From contig JAGAKG010000041.1 in NCBI GenBank assembly GCA_017625755.1, positions 1,709 to 65,708 of the forward strand: DNA of 64,000 bases. Reading direction: 5' to 3'. The notes beneath the pieces were generated by a model. That model was not told the DNA's origin. It saw only the letters and a program-made list of their open reading frames with translations, and made no database searches. Positions 27,271-37,791 of this stretch are shown piece after piece; position 1 is the first letter of the stretch, and every line of letters begins with the position of its first letter. A program made the translations under genes and the position numbers. Source of the stretch: Clostridia bacterium (GTDB taxonomy: Bacteria > Bacillota > Clostridia > Oscillospirales > CAG-272).

Positions 27271-28167
27271 GTGGAAAAGGAGAATGTTTTGGATAGCTTT
27301 AAGATAAAAACCTCTACCGAGATAGGAAGCATCGCCAAAATTGTCGGCGAGGAAAAAGCGGTGGAATACGTTGCAAAAGCAGGCTTTGACGCTTGGGATT
27401 TTTCGCTTTTCAATATAGCAAGATACGATTGGGAAAAGGGCTGCGTTTACGATACGGGACATATATTAACGACCTCTGAGTGCCTGAATTTTGCAAGAAA
27501 ATTAAGAAAAATAGGTGAGGATAACGGTATAATATGTAATCAGTCGCACGCTCCGTGTCCGTCTATGGCGAACGGTATTCGTGAGAAGCTCAAAACCGCC
27601 ATCGAATGTACGGCAGAGGCGGGCGGAAAAATTTGCATAGTTCATCCCGATAATAACGCCTCGGCTGAAAAGAATGCGGAGCTTTATTTCGATCTTTTGC
27701 CGTTTGCGAAGGAGTGCGGAGTCGCGATCGCTGCGGAGAATATGTGGAATTGGGATAACGTAAATAACAAAATCGCATTTGCGGCTTGCTCAACCCCTGC
27801 GGATTTTAATGCTCATCTTGACGCGGTAAATGACGAGAGCTTTGTTGCTTGTCTTGATATCGGTCACGCCGAGATGCGTGATATCGGAACTTCGGCGGTT
27901 GAGATGATATACGCGCTCGGAAAAAGACTCAAGGCGTTACATATTCACGATACAGATCAAAGGAGCGATAATCACCAGGTACCGTTTTCGCTGAAGATTG
28001 ATTTTGATGCGGTGATAAGAGCGCTTAAGGATATAGGCTACGACGGATATCTTACGCTTGAGGCGGATCAGTATCTTTCAAATCGCTGCAAGCGCACTGC
28101 GTTTTTGGGCGTAAAGTATATGGCTAAGGTGGCAAGGATACTTGCCGATAAATTCAATTCACTGTAA
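27271..28167 (+). CDS. Sugar phosphate isomerase/epimerase (xylose isomerase-like TIM barrel)
   Basis: Pattern of the AP-endonuclease-2/TIM-barrel family: ...IVHPD...AAEN...LDIGHA...HIHD...LEAD. The start is uncertain (GTG at 27271 or TTG at 27289). Confidence 0.6.
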   Translation: MEKENVLDSFKIKTSTEIGSIAKIVGEEKAVEYVAKAGFDAWDFSLFNIARYDWEKGCVYDTGHILTTSECLNFARKLRKIGEDNGIICNQSHAPCPSMANGIREKLKTAIECTAEAGGKICIVHPDNNASAEKNAELYFDLLPFAKECGVAIAAENMWNWDNVNNKIAFAACSTPADFNAHLDAVNDESFVACLDIGHAEMRDIGTSAVEMIYALGKRLKALHIHDTDQRSDNHQVPFSLKIDFDAVIRALKDIGYDGYLTLEADQYLSNRCKRTAFLGVKYMAKVARILADKFNSL

Positions 28168-28178
28168 GGAGAAGATAT

Positions 28179-29006
28179 ATGGCAACATTTTTAAGATATC
28201 CCGGCTTTAAAAGAAAGGCGGTTACACTCAGCTACGACGACGCTGTCGATTTTGATAAAAAGCTTATTGAAATAATGGGGGAATACGGTCTTAAGGGAAC
28301 GTTTAACGTAAATCACGCAGGTATAGGCAAGGACGGCTGGCACTCAATGTCCGAGGACGAGCTTTTTAAGATGTATCTTGATTCGGGTAACGAGATTGCG
28401 GTTCACGGCGCGGAGCATTTTTCGCTTGGCGAGGTGGACGTGGCTATGGCGACTCGCGATATTCTTTTAAACAGAGAATTTCTTGAGAAGAAAACGGGCG
28501 GAATCGTTCGCGGAATGGCTTACGCAAACGGCAGCTGCGATCAAAGAATTGCCGATATCGTTAAAAATTGCGGAATAGTATACGCAAGAACGGTAAATTC
28601 CACGCGCTCCTTTGAGCTTCCGAAGAATTGGCTTCTTCTTGATCCGACAACGCATCACGCAGACAGTCAGCTTGACTCTCTTGTGGATAGATTTTTGTCT
28701 ATAGATAAGTATCGTTATATGTGGTCAAACTCTCCGAAGCTTTTCTATCTTTGGGGACACAGCTTTGAATTTGAAACGGGCAACAATTGGCATATAATCG
28801 AGGATTTTGCCAAAAAGATAAGCGGACGTGAGGATATTTGGTACGCTACAAACATAGAAATATACAATTATGTAAGCGCGTATGATTCACTTATATACTC
28901 TTGTGACGGAAGCATAATAACAAATCCAACCTGCACAGACATTTACCTTGAATACTTTGGAAAGGAAATAATAGTTCCTGCCGGACAAAGCGTTATGGCA
29001 AGATAA
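28179..29006 (+). CDS. Polysaccharide deacetylase (CE4-like) family protein
   Basis: VTLSYDDAVDFD..LIEIMGEYGLKGTFNV...HGAEH. Confidence 0.65.
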   Translation: MATFLRYPGFKRKAVTLSYDDAVDFDKKLIEIMGEYGLKGTFNVNHAGIGKDGWHSMSEDELFKMYLDSGNEIAVHGAEHFSLGEVDVAMATRDILLNREFLEKKTGGIVRGMAYANGSCDQRIADIVKNCGIVYARTVNSTRSFELPKNWLLLDPTTHHADSQLDSLVDRFLSIDKYRYMWSNSPKLFYLWGHSFEFETGNNWHIIEDFAKKISGREDIWYATNIEIYNYVSAYDSLIYSCDGSIITNPTCTDIYLEYFGKEIIVPAGQSVMAR

Positions 29007-29013
29007 TAGATTT

Positions 29014-29943
29014 ATGATTTGCAATTCGATACTTGATGCTATGGGAAACACTCCGCTTATTCGATTGAACCGTATGGCTGATCCAAACGGTGCGGAGATC
29101 CTTGTAAAATTTGAAGGACTTAATATAGGCGGCTCTATAAAGACGAGGACTGCCTTCAATATGATAAGAGATGCCGAGGAAAAGGGGCTTATAAACGAAA
29201 ATACGGTCATTGTAGAGCCGACAAGCGGAAACCAGGGAATAGGACTTTCCTTGGTCGGAGCTGTAAGAGGCTATAAGACCAAGATAATAATGCCCGACTC
29301 GGTAAGCGAGGAGAGAAGAAAGCTCGTGCGCCATTACGGAGCAGAGGTAATTCTCGTTCACGACGACGGAAATATCGGAAAATGTATCGAGGAGTGTATG
29401 AATTTGGCTCTTAAGATGCAAAGAGAGGACAAAAACGTTTTCGTGCCTCAGCAGTTTGAAAACCCTGCAAACTCCGATATTCAAAGATCACAGACAGCTA
29501 AGGAGATAATCGAGCAGGCGGGCGGAAAAATTGACGGCTTCTGCTCCGGAATAGGAACGGGAGGAACTATAACGGGAATAGGAGAGGCTCTAAAGGCTGA
29601 AAATCCCGAAACGGTTATCTGGGCTGTTGAGCCAAGACACGCGGCAATACTTTCGGGCGGCTCTATCGGAACGCATATTCAAATGGGAATTGGCGACGGA
29701 GTTATTCCCGAAATATTAAATCAGGAAATATACGACGGCATCTGCATAATCGACGACGAGGAGGCTATAAGAACCTCTAAGGAGCTCGCTTCAAAGGAAG
29801 GAATTATGTGCGGAATATCAAGCGGAACGAATGTTTGCGCGGCTATAAAGCTTGCGAAAATGCTCGGCAAGGGAAAAAGAGTCGTTACCGTGCTTCCCGA
29901 TACTGCGGAGAGATATTTTTCAACGCCGCTTTTTGATGATTGA
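29014..29943 (+). CDS. CysK-family PLP-dependent enzyme (cysteine synthase-like)
   Basis: GNTPLIRLN, GGSIKTR (PLP-lysine region), EPTSGNQGIGLS, GTGGTITG, GISSG. KTR replaces the usual KDR. Confidence 0.75.
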   Translation: MICNSILDAMGNTPLIRLNRMADPNGAEILVKFEGLNIGGSIKTRTAFNMIRDAEEKGLINENTVIVEPTSGNQGIGLSLVGAVRGYKTKIIMPDSVSEERRKLVRHYGAEVILVHDDGNIGKCIEECMNLALKMQREDKNVFVPQQFENPANSDIQRSQTAKEIIEQAGGKIDGFCSGIGTGGTITGIGEALKAENPETVIWAVEPRHAAILSGGSIGTHIQMGIGDGVIPEILNQEIYDGICIIDDEEAIRTSKELASKEGIMCGISSGTNVCAAIKLAKMLGKGKRVVTVLPDTAERYFSTPLFDD

Positions 29944-29960
29944 TATATAAAGGAGTTATT

Positions 29961-31058
29961 ATGATATTTAACGGAGAAATAAAAGAGGTAATCGACGGAC
30001 ATCTTCATATCGACGGCTGCTATGAGGATGACGGAGCTGATTTCTTGAACGGATTTGACGAATACATAGAAAAGGGTCCGTTCCGCGCGGTGTGTATAGC
30101 GGCGCTTCCGTCGGGGAAGAAGGGCGCGGCAAACAGAGATCCATCGAACAATATAATGGCGGCGTTTTGTAAGATAGCAAATCCTAAGGTTTACGCATTC
30201 GGCGGTCTTACCTATCGCAATTATCCCCAAGATCCCGATGCGCTTGGCGATATGGCGCTCGATGTTCAGTATAAGGAGCTTATGGATATAGGCTTTGACG
30301 GAATAAAGATGCTTGAGGGTAAGCCTAATCTTTATAGATACGTAGGAAACAGGCTTGATAGCGATATGTTTGATGGATTTTTTGCAGAGGCTGAGAAAAA
30401 CGGAACGCATATTCTTATGCACGCGTGCGATCCGATAGAGTTCTGGACCGAGGAGTACGCAACCCCGGAATATATAGCGAAGGGCTGGTCTTACGTTTCC
30501 GACGAATATCCGAAAAAAGAGGAGATTTACGCTCAGGTAGAAAACATTCTTAAAAAGCATCCGAGGCTTTCTCTTACGCTTGCTCATTTTTACTTTATGG
30601 CAGACGATCTTTGCCGACTTGGCGCATTGTTTGACAAATATGAGAACTTAGGCGTTGATATCACCCCGGGCGGAGAGATGTATGTTTCGTTTGAAAAGAA
30701 CAGAGATAAAACGAGAGATTTCTTTAATAAATATTCGGACAGAATAATGCTCGGCACTGACGGAAGCTTTCCTAAATGTATGAGAGCTATGGAATGGCTT
30801 GCCGACAGAACATACAGATATATAACGACAAACGACACCTTTATGGGCTTTGAGGACAAATATCAAACGGGACTTTTGCTTGAAAGGGATGCTCAGGAAA
30901 AAATTCTTTCAAAGAACTTTATAAGAAGGGTTTCCGATTCTCCCAAGCCGATAAATAAGGCTGCGCTCAAAAAATACATCGAAAAATATAAGCATCTTAT
31001 AAGAGATGAAAAGGCGCTTGCGCTTGTGGAAAAATATTCGGAGCAGCTTTTAAAATAA
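29961..31058 (+). CDS. Amidohydrolase-2-type metal-dependent TIM-barrel hydrolase
   Basis: AAGGAG RBS before the ATG at 29961. IDGHLHIDG...ILMHACDP...LAHF...LGTDGSFP. Confidence 0.6.
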   Translation: MIFNGEIKEVIDGHLHIDGCYEDDGADFLNGFDEYIEKGPFRAVCIAALPSGKKGAANRDPSNNIMAAFCKIANPKVYAFGGLTYRNYPQDPDALGDMALDVQYKELMDIGFDGIKMLEGKPNLYRYVGNRLDSDMFDGFFAEAEKNGTHILMHACDPIEFWTEEYATPEYIAKGWSYVSDEYPKKEEIYAQVENILKKHPRLSLTLAHFYFMADDLCRLGALFDKYENLGVDITPGGEMYVSFEKNRDKTRDFFNKYSDRIMLGTDGSFPKCMRAMEWLADRTYRYITTNDTFMGFEDKYQTGLLLERDAQEKILSKNFIRRVSDSPKPINKAALKKYIEKYKHLIRDEKALALVEKYSEQLLK

Positions 31059-31211
31059 GCGCATTTTGGCTAAAAATTTCATAAAAAAGCAGGACAGAAT
31101 TTAAAAAAGTTAAATTTTGTCCTGTTTTAGCAGTAAATTGTCGTGCTATAATGCGTGTTATATTGTAGAATATAATCAGGATATTTTTATAAAGGAGTGA
31201 TAGACTTGTTA

Positions 31212-33194
31212 ATGAAAAAAGACAACGCGCTGGAGAGATTTTTTAATTCAGAGCTTGTAAGAATAGAGCCTTGGGGCAAAAATGCGTTAAGAGTCCGTGT
31301 TTCTCCCGACGGAAGGCTAAGCTCGGAAAACCGCGCGCTTATAGAGCAGGAGACGGTCAATGCCACGGTTGAGATAGACGGAGAAAGCGCATCTATCGTA
31401 AACGGAAACGCCAAGGCGATTATTGATAAAAACGGAAAGATAACCTTCTTTAATCAAAACGGAAGAAAGGTGCTTGAGGAGGCGCTAAGGCTTCAGCCTC
31501 TTAAAACGCCTGCAAGATTTTTCAAGCCTCAGCTTATGGGTAAGTATCAGCTTACCGTGAGCTTTGAGAGTGATCCTTGCGAGAGAATATTCGGTATGGG
31601 ACAGTATCAGCAGCCGTTTCTTAATTTAAAGGGCTGCGTTCTTGAGATGGCGCACAGAAATTCGCAAGCGTCCGTTCCGTTTTATATATCGGATCTCGGA
31701 TACGGCTTTCTTTGGAACATTCCCGCAATAGGCGAGGCGTCGTTCGGAAAAAATATAACGAAATTCAAGGCGGAATCAACGAGCGAGCTTGATTATCTTA
31801 TAATAATCGACGATACTCCCGCAGATATAGAAAGAGCGTATATGTCCTGCGTTGGCAGAGCTCCTATGATGCCCGAATTTGCCCTTGGCTTCTGGCAATC
31901 GAAGCTCAGATACCGCAATCAAGAGGAGCTACTTAATATCGCAAGAGGCTACAAGGAGCGCGGGGTTCCGCTATCCGTTATAGTTTGCGACTTTTTCCAT
32001 TGGCCGCATCAGGGTGATTTCCGCTTCGATTACGATTATTTTCCCGATCCCGAAAAAATGACCGAGGAGCTAAGAGAAATGGGAACGGAGCTTATGGTTT
32101 CCGTTTGGCCAACGATCGAGTTCGGAAGCGAAAATTACCGTGAAATGCTTGAGAAGGGCTATCTTATAAGAAACGACAGAGGTCCGTTCAATCATACGGA
32201 GTTCGTTCATCCGTCCGTGTTTTACGATGCGACAAATCCCGGCGCGAGAAAATTCGTTTGGGATACGGTTAAGAAAAATTATTACGATAAGGGCGTGCGT
32301 CTTTTCTGGCTTGACGAGGCTGAGCCTGAATATATGCTTTACGATTTTGACAATCACCGCTACTACGAGGGCAACTGCGCCGAGGTAGGAAACATATATC
32401 CCGTAAGATACGCTCAGGGCTTTTACGAGGGACTAAAAAGCGTTGGAGAAAAGGAGATAATAAGCCTTGTTCGCTGTGCTTGGGCAGGAAGCGCAAAATA
32501 CGGTGCGCTCGTTTGGTCGGGAGATATAATGCCTACGTTTGAGGCGCTTAACGATCAGGTAAGAGCAGGACTTAATATGGCGATAGCGGGTATTCCGTGG
32601 TGGACGACAGATATCGGCGGCTTTGATTACGGCGATCCGACAGATAACGATTACAGAGAGCTTACCGTGCGTTGGTTTGAGTATGCGACATTCTGTCCTG
32701 TTTTAAGGCTTCACGGCTACAGAGCTCCGTACATTCCCGCAGACGAGGGAGCGACAGGCGGCGGACAGTGCTACACCGGCGGAGATAACGAGATATGGAG
32801 CTTTGGCGACGAGGCTTACGAGATAATGAAGGATCATATCTTTCTTCGCGAAAGGCTGAAGCCTTATATAAGCGATCTTATGAAGGCGGCGCACGAAAAG
32901 GGAGATCCGCCAATGCGTCCTCTTTTCTACGATTTTCCGTCTGACAAGAGAGTATGGGATATAGATACTGAATATATGCTCGGCAAGGATCTTTTGGTTG
33001 CGCCGATACTTGAGCTTGGAGCAAGAGACAGATACGTTTATCTTCCCTTGGGTGAAAGCTGGATAGAGGTGCTTACGGGCAACGAATATATGGGCGGAAC
33101 GTCCGTTACCGCCGACGCTCCGCTTGATACGATACCGTTGTTTATTCGCAAGGGCTCGGAGCTTAAAAGAGAAATATTTATAAAGGAGAAATAA
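31212..33194 (+). CDS. GH31 alpha-xylosidase/alpha-glucosidase
   Basis: FWQSKLRY, VIVCDFFHW, FWLDEAEPE, VWSGDI, WWTTDIGGF. Start is the ATG at 31212 or the TTG at 31206. Confidence 0.85.
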   Translation: MKKDNALERFFNSELVRIEPWGKNALRVRVSPDGRLSSENRALIEQETVNATVEIDGESASIVNGNAKAIIDKNGKITFFNQNGRKVLEEALRLQPLKTPARFFKPQLMGKYQLTVSFESDPCERIFGMGQYQQPFLNLKGCVLEMAHRNSQASVPFYISDLGYGFLWNIPAIGEASFGKNITKFKAESTSELDYLIIIDDTPADIERAYMSCVGRAPMMPEFALGFWQSKLRYRNQEELLNIARGYKERGVPLSVIVCDFFHWPHQGDFRFDYDYFPDPEKMTEELREMGTELMVSVWPTIEFGSENYREMLEKGYLIRNDRGPFNHTEFVHPSVFYDATNPGARKFVWDTVKKNYYDKGVRLFWLDEAEPEYMLYDFDNHRYYEGNCAEVGNIYPVRYAQGFYEGLKSVGEKEIISLVRCAWAGSAKYGALVWSGDIMPTFEALNDQVRAGLNMAIAGIPWWTTDIGGFDYGDPTDNDYRELTVRWFEYATFCPVLRLHGYRAPYIPADEGATGGGQCYTGGDNEIWSFGDEAYEIMKDHIFLRERLKPYISDLMKAAHEKGDPPMRPLFYDFPSDKRVWDIDTEYMLGKDLLVAPILELGARDRYVYLPLGESWIEVLTGNEYMGGTSVTADAPLDTIPLFIRKGSELKREIFIKEK

Positions 33195-33197
33195 AAA

Positions 33198-34517
33198 ATG
33201 AGCGAAATTTTTAACGTTGGAAAAATAAAATACGAAGGACCTAAAAGCAAAAATCCGCTTTCCTTCAAGCATTATGATGCTGATATGGTGATCGGCGGAA
33301 AGACTATGAGAGAGCAGCTGAGATTTGCTATGTCCTATTGGCACACGATTTGTGGTGAGGGAACTGATATGTTCGGTATCGGCACAATAGACAAGAGCTT
33401 TGGCGAAAAGGATGCTATGAAGATAGCAGAAAAGAAGGTTCAGGCGGCTTTCGAGATAATGGATAAGCTCGGAATAGATTATTTTTGCTTCCACGACAAG
33501 GATATTGCTCCCGAGGGAGATTCTCTTAGTGAGTTCCACGCTAACCTTGATAAGATAGTTCCGATAATTAAGGAAAATATGAAGAAGTACAATAAAAAGC
33601 TCCTTTGGGGAACTGCGAATCTCTTTAATAATCCGAGATACGTTCACGGCGCAGGCACAAGCCCTTATGCTGACGTTTACGCATATGCTGCGGCTCAGGT
33701 AAAGAAGGCGCTTGATATTACCATTGAGCTCGGCGGAGAGGGATATGTATTCTGGGGCGGACGCGAGGGATACGAAACGCTTCTCAACACAGATATGGGA
33801 CTTGAGCTTGACAATATGGCAAGACTTCTTAAAATGTCTGTAAAATATGCAAGAGAGCACGGCTTTAAGGGTGATTTCTATATCGAGCCTAAGCCGAAGG
33901 AGCCTACAAAGCATCAATATGATTTCGATACTGCGACAGTAGTTGCCTTCCTTCGCAAATACGGTCTTGAAAAAGATTTCAAGATGAATATAGAGGCTAA
34001 TCACGCTACCTTGGCAGGCCACACCTTTGAGCACGAGCTTTGCACCGCGCGTATAAACGGCGTGTTTGGCTCTATCGACGCTAACCAAGGCGACTACTTG
34101 CTCGGCTGGGATACTGACCAATTCCCGACAGACGTATATAATGCTACCTACTGTATGCTTGAGGTTTTAAGAGCAGGCGGATTTACAAACGGCGGTCTTA
34201 ACTTTGACTCCAAGCCCCGTCGCGGATCTATGACTGACGAGGATATCTTCCTTTCTTATATTTCGGGTATGGATGCGTTTGCTCTCGGTCTTAAGATTGC
34301 AAACAAGATTATCGAGGACGGAAGAATAGACGAGTTCGTTGCACAGCGCTATTCTTCCTATAACAGCGGTATAGGTGCTGACATAGTAAACGGAAAAGCA
34401 ACTCTTGAGAGCCTTAGCGAATACGCGCTTTCTCTTAATAAGGTAGAGCTTAAAAAGAGTGGCAGACAGGAATATCTTGAAAGCGTTATAAACTCTATTA
34501 TGTTTGAGGGTATATGA
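33198..34517 (+). CDS. xylA: Xylose isomerase
   Basis: [60 protein letters not shown]. Confidence 0.95.
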   Translation: MSEIFNVGKIKYEGPKSKNPLSFKHYDADMVIGGKTMREQLRFAMSYWHTICGEGTDMFGIGTIDKSFGEKDAMKIAEKKVQAAFEIMDKLGIDYFCFHDKDIAPEGDSLSEFHANLDKIVPIIKENMKKYNKKLLWGTANLFNNPRYVHGAGTSPYADVYAYAAAQVKKALDITIELGGEGYVFWGGREGYETLLNTDMGLELDNMARLLKMSVKYAREHGFKGDFYIEPKPKEPTKHQYDFDTATVVAFLRKYGLEKDFKMNIEANHATLAGHTFEHELCTARINGVFGSIDANQGDYLLGWDTDQFPTDVYNATYCMLEVLRAGGFTNGGLNFDSKPRRGSMTDEDIFLSYISGMDAFALGLKIANKIIEDGRIDEFVAQRYSSYNSGIGADIVNGKATLESLSEYALSLNKVELKKSGRQEYLESVINSIMFEGI

Positions 34518-35983
34518 TGAGATATCTTATTGGAATAGATATAGGCACATCGGGCACAAAGACCGTTTTGTTTGACGAGAACGGAAAAAATATCCGTCAA
34601 AAGACGGTTGAATATCCGATGTCTCAGCCGAAAAACGGCTGGGCAGAGCAGGATCCCGATGATTGGTACAACGCCGTTTTGGAAACGCTTAAATACGTAA
34701 GCGAGGGTGTTGAGGGAATATCGGGTATCGGCTTTAGCGGTCAGATGCACGGTCTTGTTATGCTTGACGGTGACGGAAGAGTTATTCGTCCGTCGATAAT
34801 CTGGTGCGATCAGCGCACGGGCAAGGAATGTGAGGAGATAACCGAGCGTGTCGGTAAAGAGAGGCTTGTCGAGATAACTGCAAATCCTGCGCTGACGGGC
34901 TTTACCGCATCCAAAATTCTTTGGGTGAGAAATAACGAGCCCGAAAATTATAAAAAATGCAAGCATATTTTGCTCCCTAAGGATTATATAAGATACCGCC
35001 TTACGGGAGAATTTGCAACAGATGTTTCCGATGCGTCGGGAATGCAGCTTCTTGATGTTGCCAAGCGCGATTGGTCGGATGAGGTGCTTGAAAAGCTTGA
35101 TATTGACAAGAGTCTTCTTGCAAGGGTGTACGAGAGCTGTGAGGTTACGGGCTACGTTAAGAATATCGGCATTTTAGAGGGAGTTCCCGTTGTTGCGGGC
35201 GCGGGAGATAATGCGGCGGCAGCTGTGGGAAGCGGAACTGTAACGGCAGGCAAGGCGTTTACCACGATTGGCACAAGCGGAGTCGTTTACGCTCACACCG
35301 ATGCGCCTGTTATAGATAAGGCTGGCAGGGTTCATACATTTTGCTGCGCCGTGCCGAATAAGTGGCACGTAATGGGCGTAACTCAGGGCGCAGGTCTTTC
35401 GCTTAAATGGTTCAGAAGCAATTTTGCCCCCGAGCTTTCGTATAAGGAAATAGATAAGATAGCCGAGGGAGTGTCGATTGGCGCGGATAAGCTTTTATAT
35501 CTTCCTTATCTTATGGGAGAGAGAACTCCGCATCTTGATCCAAATGCGCGAGGAACGTTTGTCGGAATCAGTGCGATACACGAAAAAAAGCATTTCCTGC
35601 GCGCGGTAATGGAAGGGGTTTCGTATTCGCTAAGAGATTGTCTTGAGGTGCTTTACGAAATGGGAATTCCCGTTTCGGAGATGCTTGCGGTCGGTGGCGG
35701 AGGAACGAGTGCTTTCTGGAGAAGAATGCTTTGCGATCTTTATAATATGCAAACGAAAACTATCGTTGCGGGCGAGGGCGCGTGTCTTGGAGCTGCTATT
35801 TTGGCTGGCGTTGGCACAGGCGTTTATCCGTCGGTTGAGGAAGCCTGCGATAGTATAATTTCGTACTCCGATCCCGAAATACCGAGCGAGAGTGCTCATG
35901 CGGAATACGAAAAATCATACGCGGTTTACCGTAACGTATATAAGGGACTTAAGGATACGTTCTCAGCTCTTTCCGAGCTTTAA
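34514..35983 (+). CDS. xylB: Xylulokinase
   Basis: [12 protein letters not shown]...GFSGQMHG...WCDQRT...[11 protein letters not shown]. Overlaps the xylA stop codon. Confidence 0.9.
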   Translation: MMRYLIGIDIGTSGTKTVLFDENGKNIRQKTVEYPMSQPKNGWAEQDPDDWYNAVLETLKYVSEGVEGISGIGFSGQMHGLVMLDGDGRVIRPSIIWCDQRTGKECEEITERVGKERLVEITANPALTGFTASKILWVRNNEPENYKKCKHILLPKDYIRYRLTGEFATDVSDASGMQLLDVAKRDWSDEVLEKLDIDKSLLARVYESCEVTGYVKNIGILEGVPVVAGAGDNAAAAVGSGTVTAGKAFTTIGTSGVVYAHTDAPVIDKAGRVHTFCCAVPNKWHVMGVTQGAGLSLKWFRSNFAPELSYKEIDKIAEGVSIGADKLLYLPYLMGERTPHLDPNARGTFVGISAIHEKKHFLRAVMEGVSYSLRDCLEVLYEMGIPVSEMLAVGGGGTSAFWRRMLCDLYNMQTKTIVAGEGACLGAAILAGVGTGVYPSVEEACDSIISYSDPEIPSESAHAEYEKSYAVYRNVYKGLKDTFSALSEL

Positions 35984-35997
35984 TTTAATATCTTTTT

Positions 35998-36030
35998 GGC
36001 GTACTTGCATAGGCAGGTACGCCTTTTTTT
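35998..36030 (+). terminator. Rho-independent terminator
   Basis: GGCGTAC...GTACGCC hairpin followed by T7. Confidence 0.75.
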
Positions 36031-36035
36031 ATCAA

Positions 36036-36090
36036 AAAGAGTATCTGATAAACAAAGCAAAGCTGTTAAGTCGGTGCGATCTCACGATGT
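36036..36090. repeat. Shortened copy of the dispersed intergenic repeat family
   Basis: AGAGTATCTGATAAACAAAGCAAAGCTGTTAAGTCGGTGCGATCTC compares with AGAGTGTCTTAAAATTTTAAATGCACAAGCAAAAGTAAGGCTATAAAGTCGGTGGCGACTC at 20176-20236. Confidence 0.55.
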
Positions 36091-36164
36091 CAGTGGGGCT
36101 TGGGCGCTACTTGTCCGTTTTGTCCGTTTTTTTGTGTTAGAATTTAATTGTCGCAAGGGAAGCG

Positions 36165-36512
36165 TTGCAGCGACAGCGGCGCTTTCAAAAAATGATCGGA
36201 GGGAGAAGAATAGACGAAAGAACAGTAAAAAAGCTTAAAAGGATACTTCTCAAAATAGCAAGCTCAAACGCTAACGATCTGCTTGAATGGTGTAAGAGCG
36301 CTTCGCAGGGGGAGCAGAACGCTACGGCTATGAGCGACGAGCTTGCGCTCAGCGTTTCGTCAATAAAGATGAAATCGTCGAACGGGAATCTCGAATACGA
36401 GATAAAGCTCGTTGATAAGCTGAAGGCGATAGAGCTTTTGTCGAAGCTTCTCGGCATCTCCGAGGAGAGTGAGGGGGGAGAGCTAACGATAAATTATGAC
36501 TACCGAGAATAG
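36165..36512 (+). CDS. Short terminase small subunit-like protein
   Basis: C-terminal half ...IKMKSSNGNLEYEIKLVDKLKAIELLSKLLGI matches the oligomerisation region of Terminase_2-type TerS. No recognisable N-terminal HTH. The start is ambiguous (TTG at 36165 or ATG at 36192). Confidence 0.55.
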   Translation: MQRQRRFQKMIGGRRIDERTVKKLKRILLKIASSNANDLLEWCKSASQGEQNATAMSDELALSVSSIKMKSSNGNLEYEIKLVDKLKAIELLSKLLGISEESEGGELTINYDYRE

Positions 36513-37773
36513 CGTTTTCGTGCCGATGAATGAAACGTTTCGCGAGTCTAACTCGGTAAGAGCCAGATACAGAGTGGAGTGTGGCTCTGCGGGAAGCGGA
36601 AAGAGTGTAAACGTTGCAAGAGATTATATAATTAAGCTTTCTGACAAGGCGTATTCGGGAGCAAATTTGCTTTGTGTAAGAAAGACTGAAAGCTCGCATT
36701 TTGACAGCACGTACGCGGAGCTTACAAGAGCTATAAAGGATATTTTCGGAAAGCGGTGGCAGAGGTATTGGGAGCTTTCACGATCACCGTTAAGGATGCG
36801 CTGCAGGACTACGGGAAACGAAATAATCTTTCGCGGAACGAAGGATGACAGCCAAAGAGAGAAGCTGAAATCCATTCAAAGCGCGCAGGGAAAGATAGTG
36901 TGGGTGTGGATAGAGGAGGCAACGGAGCTTGACCCCGGCGATCTTGATATAATAGACGACCGACTTCGTGGCTCGCTTGAGGAAATAAATCCAAGGCTTT
37001 ACTATCAGATAACGCTCACCTTCAATCCCGTAAGCGCAAATCATTGGATAAAGAAAAGGTTTTTCGACAAGGCGGACCCTCTTGCATATACTCACAGATC
37101 AAATTATCTTCAGAATGCGTTTATAGACTCGGAATACCACAAAAGAATGATGCGAAGACGTGAAAACGACCCTGAGGGGTATCGTATTTATGGGCTTGGA
37201 GAGTGGGGCGAGAGCGATGGCTTGATCCTGCCGAAATACGAGGTCAGAGAGCTTGATAAGCGCTTTGAGCATTACGATAGCGTTTATATCGGTCAGGACT
37301 TTGGCTACAATCACGCGAACTGTATTTTAACGGTAGGCTTTCGTGACGGAGATGCTTATGTGCTTGGCGAGCTGTACACAAGAGGACTTGACACCTCGGA
37401 GATAATTGAGCTTGCAAAGCGCGCAAAAGTATCGCAAGCGGTGCCGATGTACTGTGACAGTGCAGAGCCCGACCGCATAAGGACGTGGAAAAAAGCAGGA
37501 TTTTTCGCCGTTGCCGTTAAAAAAGAGCCCGGATCTGTCGGCGCGCAGATAGATTATTTAAAGAGCCACAGGCTTTTTATCGACACGTCCTGCGAAAATC
37601 TCATACGGGAGATAAGCATGTGGAAGTGGGAAAGGGATACTGACAGCGGAGAGTATACCGATATTCCCGTTTGCACCTGTGACGATGCGATAGCGGCGCT
37701 CCGCTATTCCATAGAGGGTGTAAGAAAAGGCAGAAGACTCCGCACAATATCAAAAAGCACACTCGGCATATGA
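36496..37773 (+). CDS. Terminase large subunit (PBSX/XtmB-like)
   Basis: Walker A GSAGSGKS, WIEEATE (Walker B-like), and a C-terminal nuclease region. Positioned between TerS and the portal gene. Confidence 0.85.
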   Translation: MTTENSVFVPMNETFRESNSVRARYRVECGSAGSGKSVNVARDYIIKLSDKAYSGANLLCVRKTESSHFDSTYAELTRAIKDIFGKRWQRYWELSRSPLRMRCRTTGNEIIFRGTKDDSQREKLKSIQSAQGKIVWVWIEEATELDPGDLDIIDDRLRGSLEEINPRLYYQITLTFNPVSANHWIKKRFFDKADPLAYTHRSNYLQNAFIDSEYHKRMMRRRENDPEGYRIYGLGEWGESDGLILPKYEVRELDKRFEHYDSVYIGQDFGYNHANCILTVGFRDGDAYVLGELYTRGLDTSEIIELAKRAKVSQAVPMYCDSAEPDRIRTWKKAGFFAVAVKKEPGSVGAQIDYLKSHRLFIDTSCENLIREISMWKWERDTDSGEYTDIPVCTCDDAIAALRYSIEGVRKGRRLRTISKSTLGI

Positions 37774-37791
37774 CGGGTGAGAAAGGAAAAA

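Noticed and set aside
29721-30587. 288-aa ORF on the minus strand
   Set aside because: It is antisense to the CysK-like and amidohydrolase genes and has no RBS or recognisable domain.
32703-34121. 472-aa ORF on the minus strand
   Set aside because: It lies antisense to the well-supported GH31 and xylA genes. The translation is low-complexity and rich in L/I/R/K/S with no motifs. It is a shadow ORF.
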